Translations under genes and position numbers: made by a program
Notes under the pieces: generated by a model
Seen by the model: only the letters and a program-made list of their open reading frames with translations
The model's database searches: none
Told to the model about the DNA's origin: nothing
Assembly: GCF_964204645.1 (NCBI RefSeq)
Contig: NC_134035.1
Coordinates: forward strand, 6,200,001-6,264,000
From: Tubulanus polymorphus
Lineage: Eukaryota > Animalia > Nemertea
Direction: 5' to 3'
Length of the DNA: 64,000 bases
Shown here: positions 12,546-24,599 of the stretch, one piece after another
How the letters are laid out: each line of letters opens with the position of its first letter
Numbering within the stretch: the stretch's first letter is position 1

Positions 12546-14624
12546 ATAGTTAGATGCATGAGCCAATTGGCCCTTTCATCCTCATTGTCCTCTTCGCGTC
12601 TCATTGCCCATTATGCGGTTCGCCTTATAGTCGCAACTTGGTAGAAATTTTATACATATAAATAGTTTGTGAGTGATTGTTAGTATATAAGTACGAAAAG
12701 GATTCCCCCACTCGTGTGACACCCAGCTGTGGATCCGGCAACACCTCTATGACTTAACCAATTACTGACCAAGTCTAGGTGCACGGGGTAGACAACTACC
12801 CCACCGACGTGCACTGTTATCAATGATGAATAATCAATTCATCTATTCGATCACCTACGCTGAGAATGTCGATTTTTAAACACTCCACCCCATGCCGCAA
12901 AAATACTTTTTTCACCCCCAAGTTGGCATGGTGTCGTGATTAATAAAATCCCTCAACAGATTTCATGATGTGGAGGAAAGGAGAGAGTGATAGGGATCAG
13001 GGTTTGAATAATAGACTATTGTCGTGTCACATATTACGGCGTTCATGTATTTAGTTATTCATTGTGTTGTTTTAGGGTGAAAAAAAAGTGATTGACACGG
13101 AAACGCTGCCAATAATGAAAAAGAGGTGTCGACCGATTGAAAAACAAGGCGATTTCGAGTCGCGAAAACTTTGGCAAAAAGTGTCGAAATCGTTGAAGCT
13201 CGGTGATGTAAATACAGCCACAGAACATAAAAAATATGTAAGTTGAATGCAAGCCTGCTGTACTTGACCTACTAACCTATGGAGATTTTCAAATAATGAT
13301 GTATACTAAAAATGAAGCCCATGTCAAGTTGAAGTGGGGCATAAAATTTCAAAGTTCCTACACATTTCCATCAAGTCACACGAAAATGCAAGATATATTG
13401 AAATATCTTGTGAAGTCTAGATTAGATTTAAAGCAGGCCACAGAATTTCAATGTCTTCTTTCTGGGCTATTAGACTGGGTCCAGTTCCACAGTTCCGAGT
13501 TAAAATTTGACTCAGAGTTAACACATTGAAAACGAACTAACTTTAACTCAGAGTTAACTCTAACTCACAACTGTGGAACTGGGCCCTGAGGATTTATATA
13601 GTTAAACATACGCATATATTGATGTGTATTGAGCAGTGAACATTAAATAGCTCCAACCCATAGCACACACTATACAACTAATTCAGAGGCTGGTTGCTGT
13701 AAAGTTGGTTAGAGTTAACCAGTGGATAGTTAACGTAGCGACAATCAAAAGTTAACTGCTGGTTATCATTAACCAACTTTTTGAGCAACTGGCCCCTAAT
13801 CTGCAGACATGACCAGTGACATCACTGGTACTCATTACTAACCCTAACCCTAGGTCAGGTGACCAGTGACATCACAGCTACTCAATCTAACTAGCTAACA
13901 CTACATCAGGTGACCAGTGACATCACAGCCACTCAGTACTTAAAGCTAACCCTGACGCTATGTCAGGTGACCAATGACATCACTGCCACTCAGTACTAGA
14001 AGCTAACCCTGACCCTACGTCAGGTGACCAATGATTTAAGGTGTTTTTATTTAAGCTACTCAGAAACTCGCATGCAAGAGCCGCATATGATCACGTGGTA
14101 CAAATCGAATTGCCTTAAATAAATGACTGACCTGAATTTTCTGCGATTGAAATAGCCGCCATTTCGATCTATTCACGAACACACTTCTCATAGGGGCCAT
14201 CTTGAAATACGAACCAACTGGCCTGTACGGACGAGTTGGCTGCGTATGGTACTCGTATTGGTAACTCGCCTAAATAAACGAGCCGAGATGGGTACTCGAG
14301 TATGGCGAGTTGGTTAGATAAATGAAAAACGCGCTTTTCGTGGGAACGCGCTTTTCTAGTTTGAAAATGATTTATTGTTTTTGTAGCTGGAAGATAAACA
14401 AAGACACGGTGAAAAGTACAGGACAGATAATGGAATTTCTTTCCCAACGAAGGTACGGCTGTTTTTGTACTGTTACAACTGATAAACAGTGTGGTTGGTT
14501 CTGTTGTTTTATGATCGGTTTATATTGTGTATACTTTCAGTTTTTCCACCGAGAAGAAAACTCCGACACGTGGGTTTATAATAACACACTCAAACAAACT
14601 GCTTCATTGTCGTCGTCGACATGA
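793..14624 (+). CDS. OSBPL11: Oxysterol-binding protein-related protein 10/11-like (PH domain + ORD), multi-exon, two alternative first exons
   Basis: Phase-consistent GT-AG exon chain: 793-876 (alt 1a) or 3951-4082 (alt 1b), 4339-4373, 4467-4572, 5270-5317, 6819-6900, 7477-7702, 8189-8432, 8512-8579, 8722-8819, 9494-9627, 10122-10207, 10841-10922, 11174-11351, 11614-11724, 12030-12190, 12361-12480, 13076-13237, 14387-14452, 14541-14624. PH motifs [20 protein letters not shown] and [10 protein letters not shown]; ORD motifs [34 protein letters not shown] and EQVSHHPP. Confidence 0.93.
1770..2045 (-). mobile_element. Decayed coding fragment, possibly the C-terminus of a Mutator-like transposase, in OSBPL11 intron 1
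   Basis: Minus strand reads [34 protein letters not shown], frameshift, then [12 protein letters not shown]...[29 protein letters not shown]. Short inverted motifs CCTTATTACCG (~1085) and CGGTAATAAGG (~2726) flank the region. Confidence 0.35.
9053..9163. mobile_element. Palindromic MITE with GGG(T/C)CC termini (PIF/Harbinger-like family)
   Basis: GGGTCCAGTTCCACAGTT...AACTGTGGAACTGGGTCC. Near-identical copy at 13475-13587; relatives at ~13687-13796, 16557-16639, 40724-40857, 60281-60392 and 62380-62520. Confidence 0.75.
10288..10690. mobile_element. Non-autonomous DNA transposon/MITE in an OSBPL11 intron
   Basis: Terminal inverted repeats CAGGCCCGTAGCCAG...GGGGGTGCG and CGCACCCCCC...CTGGCTACAGGCTTG; no clear TSD seen. 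Confidence 0.6.
12492..12550. repeat. (TAG)n microsatellite
   Basis: About 17-18 TAG units beginning ~12 nt after the donor of exon 12361-12480. Confidence 0.95.
13808..14035. repeat. Minisatellite, ~49-59 bp unit, 4-5 copies
   Basis: Recurrent GTCAGGTGACCA(G/A)TGACATCAC...CTAACCCT units. Confidence 0.85.
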
Positions 14625-15007
14625 CAACTACAGTAGATTTTTTACCACATTTATTTGTTAAGTAGAGATGTTGGCTGGTTATTTCGTCAGTGGTGCTGCC
14701 TAATGACCATCTTATGAACAATAGCGTAACAATTCTGAATTACACAGCATTCAACTATTTTCACGAAGCTAATTTAGATAAATATCTACAGTTGAAATCA
14801 TTTTTTCAAATGAAATAGTTGACACGTGTTGTGTGACTGATTAGTTTTATAAAACGTCACCAGGGGGCTATATAACTCAATAACGATCATGTTATTAATT
14901 GAATTATATTTTCTTGGACGAGTGTTTAACGTTAAAATCTAGTACAGGTACTGGGTTACACACTGCTAACAAAGTGAACAGTGACAGACAGCGACAGTCG
15001 TAATAGT

Positions 15008-15980
15008 ACGGAAGAGCAATGCGGCCAACAACATTTTATTTTCAGTTTCAAAAGTCGACTTTTCGATGTAATCAACTTTTCGAGTTATTAAGTCGACTTT
15101 TCCGACCTTTTTGGACCCCAAATTCCAGGCTCCACCCCTGTGATTGATGCTAATGATGCATACGGAAGCTTATTTGGGACTCGTGCAAAAGTACAAAACT
15201 ATTGCGACCATATTTAGGGAGCGAGGCAGTAAGTCGGTCGTCCGCCCATCCGTTCATCCGCCGGCAGTGATAGTTGTTCGACCCAATATATTGAGATAGC
15301 TGGAAAATTAAATTGAATATGAAACCATTTGTATTTGCCTATGAAGGGCTGAAAAATTACACTAGCTTGAAATTGGATGTAGGAATGATAAGGGAGAGCA
15401 CCCTCAATGCTTCTAGACCCCCTGTATTTTGTAATTCGATGAGGTATCCCTCAGTGTTTGAGGCCTAGATTTAGTGGAACTGTTCAAGTATTCTATGAAC
15501 AAGGATTGGGTCAGCTATCTCAATATATCGATATGAATAAGTATACTTTATTAACAATGTTGTGATATTTATGTTGACTTTTTGCGATATTGTCTCAATA
15601 AATTGACATACATTTTAGGTAAAGTCGTGATGATAATGTCAACGGTACGGTAATGTCAATATACAGTATATTGACATAAGTAAAAGTCGTGATCCGAATC
15701 ACGATTTATCGTGATAAGTTTTCGCGATACCGCGATATTAATGCGATATATCGATTTAATTATGTCGATAAATCACATTTTTTCGGCATAATTTCGTCGT
15801 GATAAAGGTTCGCGACGGTTTTGTACGGGTCCCAAATAAGCTTCCGGAAAAATGTCCTACACCTAGTTGAATAGAGATGAACAAATCGACTTATCAACTC
15901 TAAAAGTCGACTTTTAGAATTAAAAAAGTCGACTTTTTAAACTGAAAATAAAATGTTGTCGGCCGCATTGCTATACGGTA
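15008..15980. mobile_element. Nested non-autonomous DNA transposons (outer 15008-15980, inner ~15161-15848)
   Basis: Outer ~55-bp TIR AGCAATGCGGCC(A/G)ACAACATTTTATTTTCAGTTT...AAAGTCGACTTTT with TA flanks; inner TIR CGGAAGCTTATTTGGGAC / GTCCCAAATAAGCTTCCG. Confidence 0.75.
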
Positions 15981-17090
15981 CAACAGAGTCTAGAAAACGG
16001 TTGAACCATCAAACATCGTCACTATTACACAACTGTATGCAGCTGAAATGTTTTAGTCTCATGTTGTAGTTTTGCACCGATATCAGCTACAACCAAAACG
16101 TGTATGCGACCATTCATTTGTACGTACGCATGATAGGGTGGGGGTGGGGGGGCCTGTCTGTGAAAATACATACAAATCGGTACAGCATACAGCGTACGGT
16201 ACGCACATAATAATCATTTTTGCACTGTACTGACTGTTCATTCTGCCTTCAAGTAAAAGTTGAAGTGAAATTTAAGGATCTTATGTTCTCTATTGCATTC
16301 TTTATAATTTTGAAATAATGACTGCGACATCGACGATGATTTCATTTGCACTATTTTTTAGAATCAATACCCAGTACCATAGATGCGGCCTATCGGCTGA
16401 AAACAAAACTGAAACGTGTAAATATTTATACAAACATATCGTTCTTGCGTATGTATGGGGGGGGGGGGGGGACGGGGTCTAAAGTGAAAAAATCAGCAGA
16501 TTTTTGCGTACGTACTCAATGGATATGTCAAAAATATTGCTCTATGTCAAAAATATTGCTGTGGAACCGGATCCTGAAAATGAACTTATTCAACTGTTAA
16601 GGGAGTTGAACTTAAACGACAACTGTGGAACTGGGTCCCATTTACTACGGTACCCACTGCCTATTCGTTTTAACTCACACTGGTAGTAGATCGATCAAAA
16701 CCGATTCACTACAAATTGTTAATAACACGCTTATAGAAAAGGTTGAGTTTATTTGGTTATGACTGGGTCTGATATTCATTCCATATATAGCAGTGATTTG
16801 TAAGGAAAATCAAATTGTTGCTCCACGATCCTAATTGTCATAGCATCGATAACTAGTCAATGATTTATACATGTTTCTGGATTTAATGTTGAATTATAAA
16901 TAAATGTATGTATGATATAGTTATTACATGTTCTATGTATTTAAATGGAACTTTTATATAAATATGACATATTAAAATGTAATATATGACCAGATAAATC
17001 ACATGTATCTACTTAGGTTATTTCTTTGTTGTGTGGACTTTTAGCCAACTCGGATTTTCAACTCGCTTTGATGGATTGTCATGTTTTTAA

Positions 17091-20000
17091 TTAACTCATT
17101 TGTTCTTGTTGATGTTCATCGACAGTCGGGTTTATCGTGCAGTTTTTAGGTCGGTCGATATCGCTGATAGTTTGAGGCATCGGTACACCTCTAGTTTCCG
17201 GTAAGGGTAGCATCAGCAAAGCGGTAACCAGTCCAATACAACCGAGAATCACGCCTGGCAACCAAGATATAATTTGAGTCTGAAACGATTCGATTGTAAT
17301 ATTGAAATGTTAAACAAGTGACAGGGTTGAAAATGTAAGGAAATAAAAACCTACCAAATAAGCGGCGAATGGTGCTGTCATCGAACCTACTCGGGCAAAC
17401 GCTGAAGCAATACCTATAGCACGGTTCCTGTAAAATAGATAATACGGTGTTGGCATCAGTTGCGGATACAGGGGGTGGGTTTTGTGGGTTCAAACCCACC
17501 CCTTTTTAGCCCTCTTGAGACTTAGGTCCCGAGAGGGCGATTGCATTCACTTTTCGTCCGTTCGGACGACCATAGACAGAATCCAGTTATTTCGTGAAGT
17601 TTTGAAGATGCTTCAAAGTAATGTCTTGATATCTGGTTTAAATACATGTATCTACTACCCAATACACATCTTTAGCCCAAAAACTGGCCCTGTCAAATTC
17701 AAGATGGCCGACTGGCAGCCATTGATGTTCGCCAAATCAGCACTTTTTACACATTGAAGTTTTATAGGGAAATTTTGAAGATGCTTTAATCAATTATCTT
17801 GATCTTTCATGTATATTTCTATCCCACAAGGGCCCACCAGAAATATTGAGTCGATCTGACTCAAGATGGCTGTCCTGTGACCTTTTTTCGTGCCCAAAAA
17901 CGTCAATTTTGACATGAATTCCGAGTCCTGTAGCTTCCTAATGGTTTGGCATTTTTCATTGCAATTTGTGGTGGGTATTCTATAAACAGGGATCTTTAAT
18001 ACATGTGACAGGTATTTTCGATCAGCACAATTAGCACAATTATCACACAATTGGCGGCCATCTTAGTGTCATCAGTACTCATTCATAGGTGGCAAAAGGT
18101 TTTTTGAGGAAAATCACAGCAGGTTTGAACTCATAGCCTTGATATTTGATTGTTAGCAGAGTCATATGATAAATCTCCTCACATGGAATTTGGGATCAAC
18201 CAATTCTTTGTTCATGCCACCAGGGGAGTTAAATATTGAATAATATACAATTTGTATACTTTTATGGCATGTTCTATTATTGTGGTGAGTTTCTAAGGTC
18301 ATTGGTTTTTGTATATTCACCAGGGGGCATTGAATAGTACAATAAATTAGTTTTTCCATATTTGGTACCTATGCATATTTTGTTACCACAATAAATTGCA
18401 AAATTCTAACTCATATGTTCTATGGTTGTGATGAGTTTCAAGGTCATTGGGTTTTGTGTATGGTCACCAGGGAGCATTGAATAGTAGAATAACTTAGTAT
18501 TTCCATATTATATTGGTACCTATGCATATTTTGTAACCACAATCAATTTCAAAGTTGTAGCTCTTGACATATTCTATGATTGTGGTGAGTTTCAAGGTCA
18601 TTGGCTTTGTATATGGTCACCAGGAAGCGTTGAATATTGAAACTATTAGAATGTTGAACATTTGAAACCACTTCCCAAGTGGGCATCCCTGGACCCCTAG
18701 TTTGGTCAAGCAAACCAAAAAGTAGAAAGGGGCACATTCAGTCGTCTCTGTTACAATCCCATAAGTAGAAAAAGGGTAACTAGACGAGGCAAATCATTTC
18801 TAAACAAATGGGCACATTCAGTCAACCGTTAATTTCAAAAGACAAGAAAGGGCGTTTGAAGTCGTCTCTATCAATCCCAAAAGTAGAAAAAAGGCACAAC
18901 TAAAGGAGAAAAGGGCACATCCAGTCGCGGCCATCAATTCAAAAAAGAAAGGGCACTTGTAGACGTAGTCTCTATCAATCCCAAATTAGAACAGGGCACA
19001 TTCTTGCCGGACGTGACAAATAATCTTCAACGAAAAGGAGCACATTCAGCCGTCCATCAATTTAAGAAAAAACAAAAAGGGCACTTGTAAACGTCTCTAT
19101 CTCAAATCTAGAAAAGGGCACATTTTTTCAAGACAAGGTAGATAATTTTCAACAAAAAGACAACACCATTCTTCAGGATTTCATCTCTAATGCCTGGAAA
19201 CTACATCTCAATGCCGTGAATTTTCTGCAAAGCACTTTGCGTCAGGACTCATTCAATACTTTGAATTCAATGGCATTAAAAAGCAGTACATTTTCAAACT
19301 TCGTTTTTCGTGGATCACGTCCTCTTTCATGAATTCTGCTACCCTCAACAATATGTTTCTAGATCCGCCCCTGATGCCACAAAAAAAAGAAATGAACCGG
19401 AAGATCTCGCGGCAGCATCTAAGACGAGAATAATCACATAAGTACGCACCGAAGTAGAACGATAACCACACTCAAACGTGGTAAACGGATAATAAGATAA
19501 AAACCTATTATTTACAGATTAAAAGAATTTAAAAACAAGAATTTATTTTTTCATTCAATCTAAAATATATATATAAGACACGACGTTTCGATCTCACCCT
19601 AGAGATCATCGTCAGGTGTGTAGTGATCACTTGAAAATTGTTGACATTGAAACGAAATTAATAAGATATTCGATGTTGAAAAAGAATTCCTTTTTCAAAG
19701 TTGTAATCGGTAAGAACTTCGCCGATCCGGGATTATTGGTGGTTGCAAATGCAGCTCGAGTTATGAATGCATTACAATTCTTATTAGGGCCATATTATTC
19801 GGGTATATCATTTACTTACTATACACGTAGCGCATTCTCGCTCACGTTGAACGGATGAACATGCATTTGAATAGGAAACATTATATTTTTCTAGTGATTC
19901 ATATCTTATATTTTTAGGCAATATACGTGCCTTTATTTCAATTACAGCACATTAACAATTTTCTTTTCGTTTTACATTCATTGTTGCCCATTTGAAGGAT

Positions 20001-23000
20001 AATTTGTAGAAAAAATGATAATCGCTTTGGTATGGCGCCTATTCGATTCTTTTTCACCGAACTGGCCGAAAAATGTATAAAATTGCTATTGATCAAACGG
20101 GTATTGATTCCTAAATCGCCGTCCAAGATACACAGGGCCGGACCCCTACCTAGAGTGAAGAAGAGGTCCCCGATAAATGTGCCATTATTCTGCAAATGGG
20201 GTAGATAACGAATTTCGGTTATATGCATGAAATCCATTGATCCTGAGAGACAGATTGATGATTGAATAAGGGATTCCCTGGACTTTTTTGCTTGGAGTCA
20301 GGGTACCCAAGCACGTTGGGTCATTCCCTTCGATATTCGGCTCGGATGTACTGGCAAACCTGTACTGGGATATCCCTCCTTTTCTTAAGGTTTGATTATT
20401 TCAAAAGTATGGTTGGGTATGTGCGGGGTAAAACCACTTCGGCGTGTAATTATGATGCTGGCCTAGCTGCCATAAGCAGGATTTCCCCTCGATTTGCGCG
20501 CTTATATATGAACTAAACGCTTTCTTGTTTTTACTATAGGATATAGAACATTTTAGAATAATAGTGGTTGAGCTCTGCTTAAAATGAAAACTATGTACTC
20601 TTATAGTTTTTTAAAGGGAAGAATCTCACCTGAAATTAGTCGGGTAAAGTTCGCTGGTATGGATAAAAATGGTACCATAAGCTGCAGTGCAGCAGAATTT
20701 TCCTGCTGTATTTAACGTCATAATTAACGGAACCAAATTCGTCTCTCCTAGGAACACAAGTATACAAAACAAGATTCAAAAACCTTTTATGATTAGGTTT
20801 CTAGAAACTAACCTGTATGAACGTACACATGTAATATACTTACCGACAGTTTCAGGACAGAACGTCGCAGCTACCAAAACTAGGCCGGTTATCCCGTAAA
20901 GCAACATCATAAATGCTCGTCTTCCAGTACTGAAAAATACATGATGCATGTACATTTGAATATATTTTACGGAGGCGTCCTGGGGACATCTCTATTAAAA
21001 GAACATTTTCTAGGTTAATTCCAAGTTTGTAACTCGGAATAAACTAGTTTTCTCAGTTAAAAGCAAGCGAGATTTTGAGGTTTATTTCGAGTTTGTGATT
21101 CGGAATAAACTAGTTTTCTCAGTTAAATCTGATTTTCCGAGGTTTATTCCGAGTTTGTAAACCTCCTAAATTCCCAGATACAAACTCAGAATTAACTTTG
21201 AAATTATCCAACACGCTTCCGTAATATTTGATTTTATGCAACTCTTATGTGACTTAACCTTACAATTGTAGTACAATGTGCATCACAATGCAACTTGGTA
21301 TCTCAATAGCAGCAGCTAAAAAATAATTAGCAAATCTACCTCCAGCCATAACTGTCGTACTCAATGTCATCCCAAAATAAGTTAGACTTGTAAAAGACCT
21401 GCGAAAAAACAAACTTTTTGAAAATACGACAAACATCCTCTCATTATATGAATGCATTATGCGTACCAGATAATAGCTTCCAGTATCGTGTAAAGACGCA
21501 GTTTTGGATGTTTGAGAATCTGTATAATTCCAATCGTTTCATTATTCGAGTCTCCACTTCCCTTAGAACAGCTGACCATATTTCTAAACACTAGTTTAAC
21601 TCCGTTCACAACCGAACTTTTATCTGAATATAACATATTTTAGTCTATGAAATATTCATTTTCATGAATGAATTGAAATATATCGGGTATTTTTGACAAT
21701 TTACTTTGTTTTTCTGTGTTTTTTCTAATGGCAGAAATGGCGGCTGGTGAAAGCGAGCGTTTGTTAAATTTCGCTGCTTTCCTCAAAATTCTGATCGCTT
21801 CTTCGGGTCTGGAATTAGCGACGAGCCACGCAACAGATTCATCGTAGAACCTAATCACAAAATGATATGAAGTATATCTCCAATTTTGAATGGATATTTC
21901 ATTATCGAAAAATTCTATTTACCAAATTCCTAGAATGGCGAAACAAGGAATAATAACCCCGACGATTTGCAGGTATTTCCAGTGAGTGAAATAGTAGCCG
22001 CAAATTCCAGTTAAAAGCATTCCCATTGTAAATGAAAGCATGTGAAATGCGTTAGCGAATGAACGTTGATCGGTCGGATACCATTCACAAACCAAAACAT
22101 AACCAACTAAGGCAGTGCCCTAAAAGAAAAGACCAAAGCATCTAAAGCGGGGGACGAGAGAAGAAATAATTCTCGTAAAATGATTTTTCTATCTTATTTT
22201 TTTGGATCTTTCTCTGAATTATACATTAATTTCCCATTAGCAATTTTCAAACATTTCTAGGAATTGAATATTTTTTAGGCTTTAGTTCAACATCGATTAT
22301 AGAAATCATTTACTATATTGAAAACTCCGCTAAAGAATCTCGTTGTAATGAAAAGTGTTTCGTTGACAAAAATGATAGGAAGAAACATCGAAACAGCGAA
22401 CAATAAAGAACAAACTATATAGGGAATCTTCCTTCCAAAATAATCCGACCAAGGTGGCGCTACTATACTTCCGGTCAAGACTCCCGCGAAATATAACGAC
22501 ATTGTTAGTGCATTCATGTGATTGGATTCACAAACCCACGAAAACTGAAAATAGATAGAATAATGTCAACATTTTTATAGTGATTGGGTCATAGCGATTT
22601 CTGCAGAATGACTGACTGACCTGTTCGGTAAGAGTGTAATAACCGTGTGACTGGTAATAGTAACCGTTTTGACAGACGACTGTGGTATTATCTGTAATTG
22701 ACTTGAATTGTCGACACTGATCGAGTTTAATTTCTCCATCCTCACTAGTTGTATATGGTATCGATTGGTTCATTGTTTGATTCACCAAAGACAGTTTACA
22801 ATGATGTTCTGGAATCCATCCTGAATTTTGATAATATGAATTTTTTTTCCTATCACGTAATTATGATTAAAAGGGCCTACGTTTTTAAATAATGTACTGT
22901 TTACCTTGAAATATCAAACCGAATGTACTTATAGCCGCCGATAAACGCACTATATCAATAATAAACAATTGAAATATCTGATATCTTCCATATCTCCCTA

Positions 23001-23028
23001 AATCCTTCAAAGCGGTTTCAACTTCCAT
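17091..23028 (-). CDS. SLC22/Orct-like organic ion transporter, copy A (11 exons, ~550 aa)
   Basis: Exon 1 (23028..22905) MEVETALKDLGRYGRYQ...LIFQG; WIPEHHCKL; loop cysteines; WVCE; SDYFGRK; FYDESVAWL; ELYPTNFRNRAIG; LPETRG; stop TAA at 17093..17091. Intron 9 is expanded to ~3.2 kb by repeats. Confidence 0.92.
17504..18701 (+). mobile_element. Helitron/Helentron-like non-autonomous repeat with internal ~150-bp tandem units
   Basis: Starts TTTTAGCCC...; the 17504-18070 part recurs inverted at ~61200-61725; tandem units at ~18218, 18318, 18465 and 18618; ends in a short GGG..CCC hairpin followed by CTAGT. May be two adjacent elements. Confidence 0.5.
18715..19130. repeat. Degenerate tandem repeat built on AAAGGGCACATT
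   Basis: About 8 spaced AAAGGGCAC motifs with GTCTCTATCAATCCCA spacers. Confidence 0.7.
19577..19620 (-). ncRNA. Minimal type I hammerhead ribozyme (Penelope-like element type)
   Basis: Minus strand CACAC-CUGACGA-U-GAUCUC(UAGGGU)GAGAUC-GAAA-CGUC/GUGU: 6-bp stem II, palindromic ACGU stem III, GUC cleavage triplet, 4-bp stem I. Lies in a ~150-bp repeat (19459-19618) shared with 36577-36714. Confidence 0.75.
19640..20100 (-). mobile_element. Highly decayed Penelope-like RT C-terminal fragment
   Basis: FIHFSASSVKKNRIGAIPKRLSFFLQII and AFATTNNPGS resemble the PLE 'F.S.HP.....IP' and 'PFVTT.NP' motifs; adjacent to the hammerhead repeat. Confidence 0.4.
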
Positions 23029-23460
23029 CGTGTTTCAAACAACCTGTATAGGTACTGTCATATCGTCAAGTTGAATACTAGGTCAATACCCGCGATAAGT
23101 ACCTGGTTATTGGTAGAAATACACGCAGTCGATCAATAAATGTTAATCATTTTACAATAGACGTAACTGTCAACTCGTAAAGCGCTTAAGTAGGAGTCAT
23201 GTGAATATTACTAAAATCTGTTAACTAGCAAAACCTTCTATTTCCCTGATTCTTAACTCTATAGGCCTACACATTAGATATCACCATTTTCTTTTGAATA
23301 CAAGTATGTTATACCAGTCATAATCAATACAGGCCTGTATACAAAATAATGCCGAAGGTCTAGAGTTGATAAGAGATATGACTGTACAAAGTAAAGGTTA
23401 TGTACATGAAGGCTTGTACATGTATTTTGGCCGGGCAGGCCAGAAATTAACATTGAACTA

Positions 23461-23682
23461 TGGTGGCTGATAAGGGCCATAGCGTAAAATTCCTGGTATG
23501 TAAATGAGGGCGCCAGAACGCCAGAACGCCAAAACGAAAAAAAACGTCCAATTATCTCTGAAAGTTCGTTTTGGCGCGCCAAAACAAAGAAAATTCCGTT
23601 TTGGCGCCCCCGCCAAAACGAACGTTCTGGCGCCCTCATTTACATACCAGGAATTTTACGCTATGGCCCTTATCAGTCACCA
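23461..23682. mobile_element. Foldback MITE, short copy
   Basis: ~60-bp TIR TGGTGGCTGATAAGGGCCATAGCGTAAAATTCCTGGTATGTAAATGAGGGCGCCAGAACG; internal TTTTGGCG..CGCCAAAA units. Confidence 0.85.
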
Positions 23683-24599
23683 TATTAAACAGACAAACAA
23701 TCTAATTTTATAACGCTAACTTAATCAATACACCTACGACCAATCATCTCAAGAGATGATTGCTCGTAGGTGATCTCGGTTATCTTATATTTTTGTTACA
23801 CAAAGACCGATGTAACTCATTATTTGAGTTTATTTCGCTGGATACAGAAATATCAAACAAATGATAAAGATTGTGTTTTCTCAGGAAAGGGAAAGTCTTC
23901 GCATCTGACGACACCGAGTACGAGAAATTTGGAACATTCCACCTATAGATTCTATGTGCCCCTGAATCCAATAAGTTGAATACTTTTGGTGGCAATGTTG
24001 GTGACATTATGTAATTTTATATATGGTGGCTGATTCTGTACATGCCAATATTTTTTCATCCTCCATGAAAACGTGGAAAAGTTTCTTTTGCGCGACAAAG
24101 ATTGTTTTTGCACGTCAAGTAGCGCGATAACTTAAGATTATTTCGTTCGAACGAAATAAACATATCTATTTTCCACCATTTCACCTCCGGTGCTCCGTAC
24201 AAAATGGCTTTGAGGATTCCGAAGATAAGGTGCTTGCATCGTCCTTGTTGGTAGTTGCGTGAACTAATCATGATCGTTTGCAGATTACATACGTCTATGT
24301 TCTTATACCAGCTTTGAAACGAAACCACGTACGTATACATAATTCATTTCAACAGGCATTTATTTTGGCATTCATTAAACATTTTGATGTTTTCACATCA
24401 CTGTTACATAAATTGATCTTTTCTATCAAGAACTGAATCTCATTCTGGTGAGTTAATGCGCTGAAAAAAGTAACCGAGATACCAATGGGGCTACTAAACT
24501 GTAGGTCAGTTAGGAATAAAATTGACAATATCTGGCATAGCGTAAATGAAACAACCTCGACATTTTCTGCCTGGCTGACACGTGCTTTACTAATTGTGC

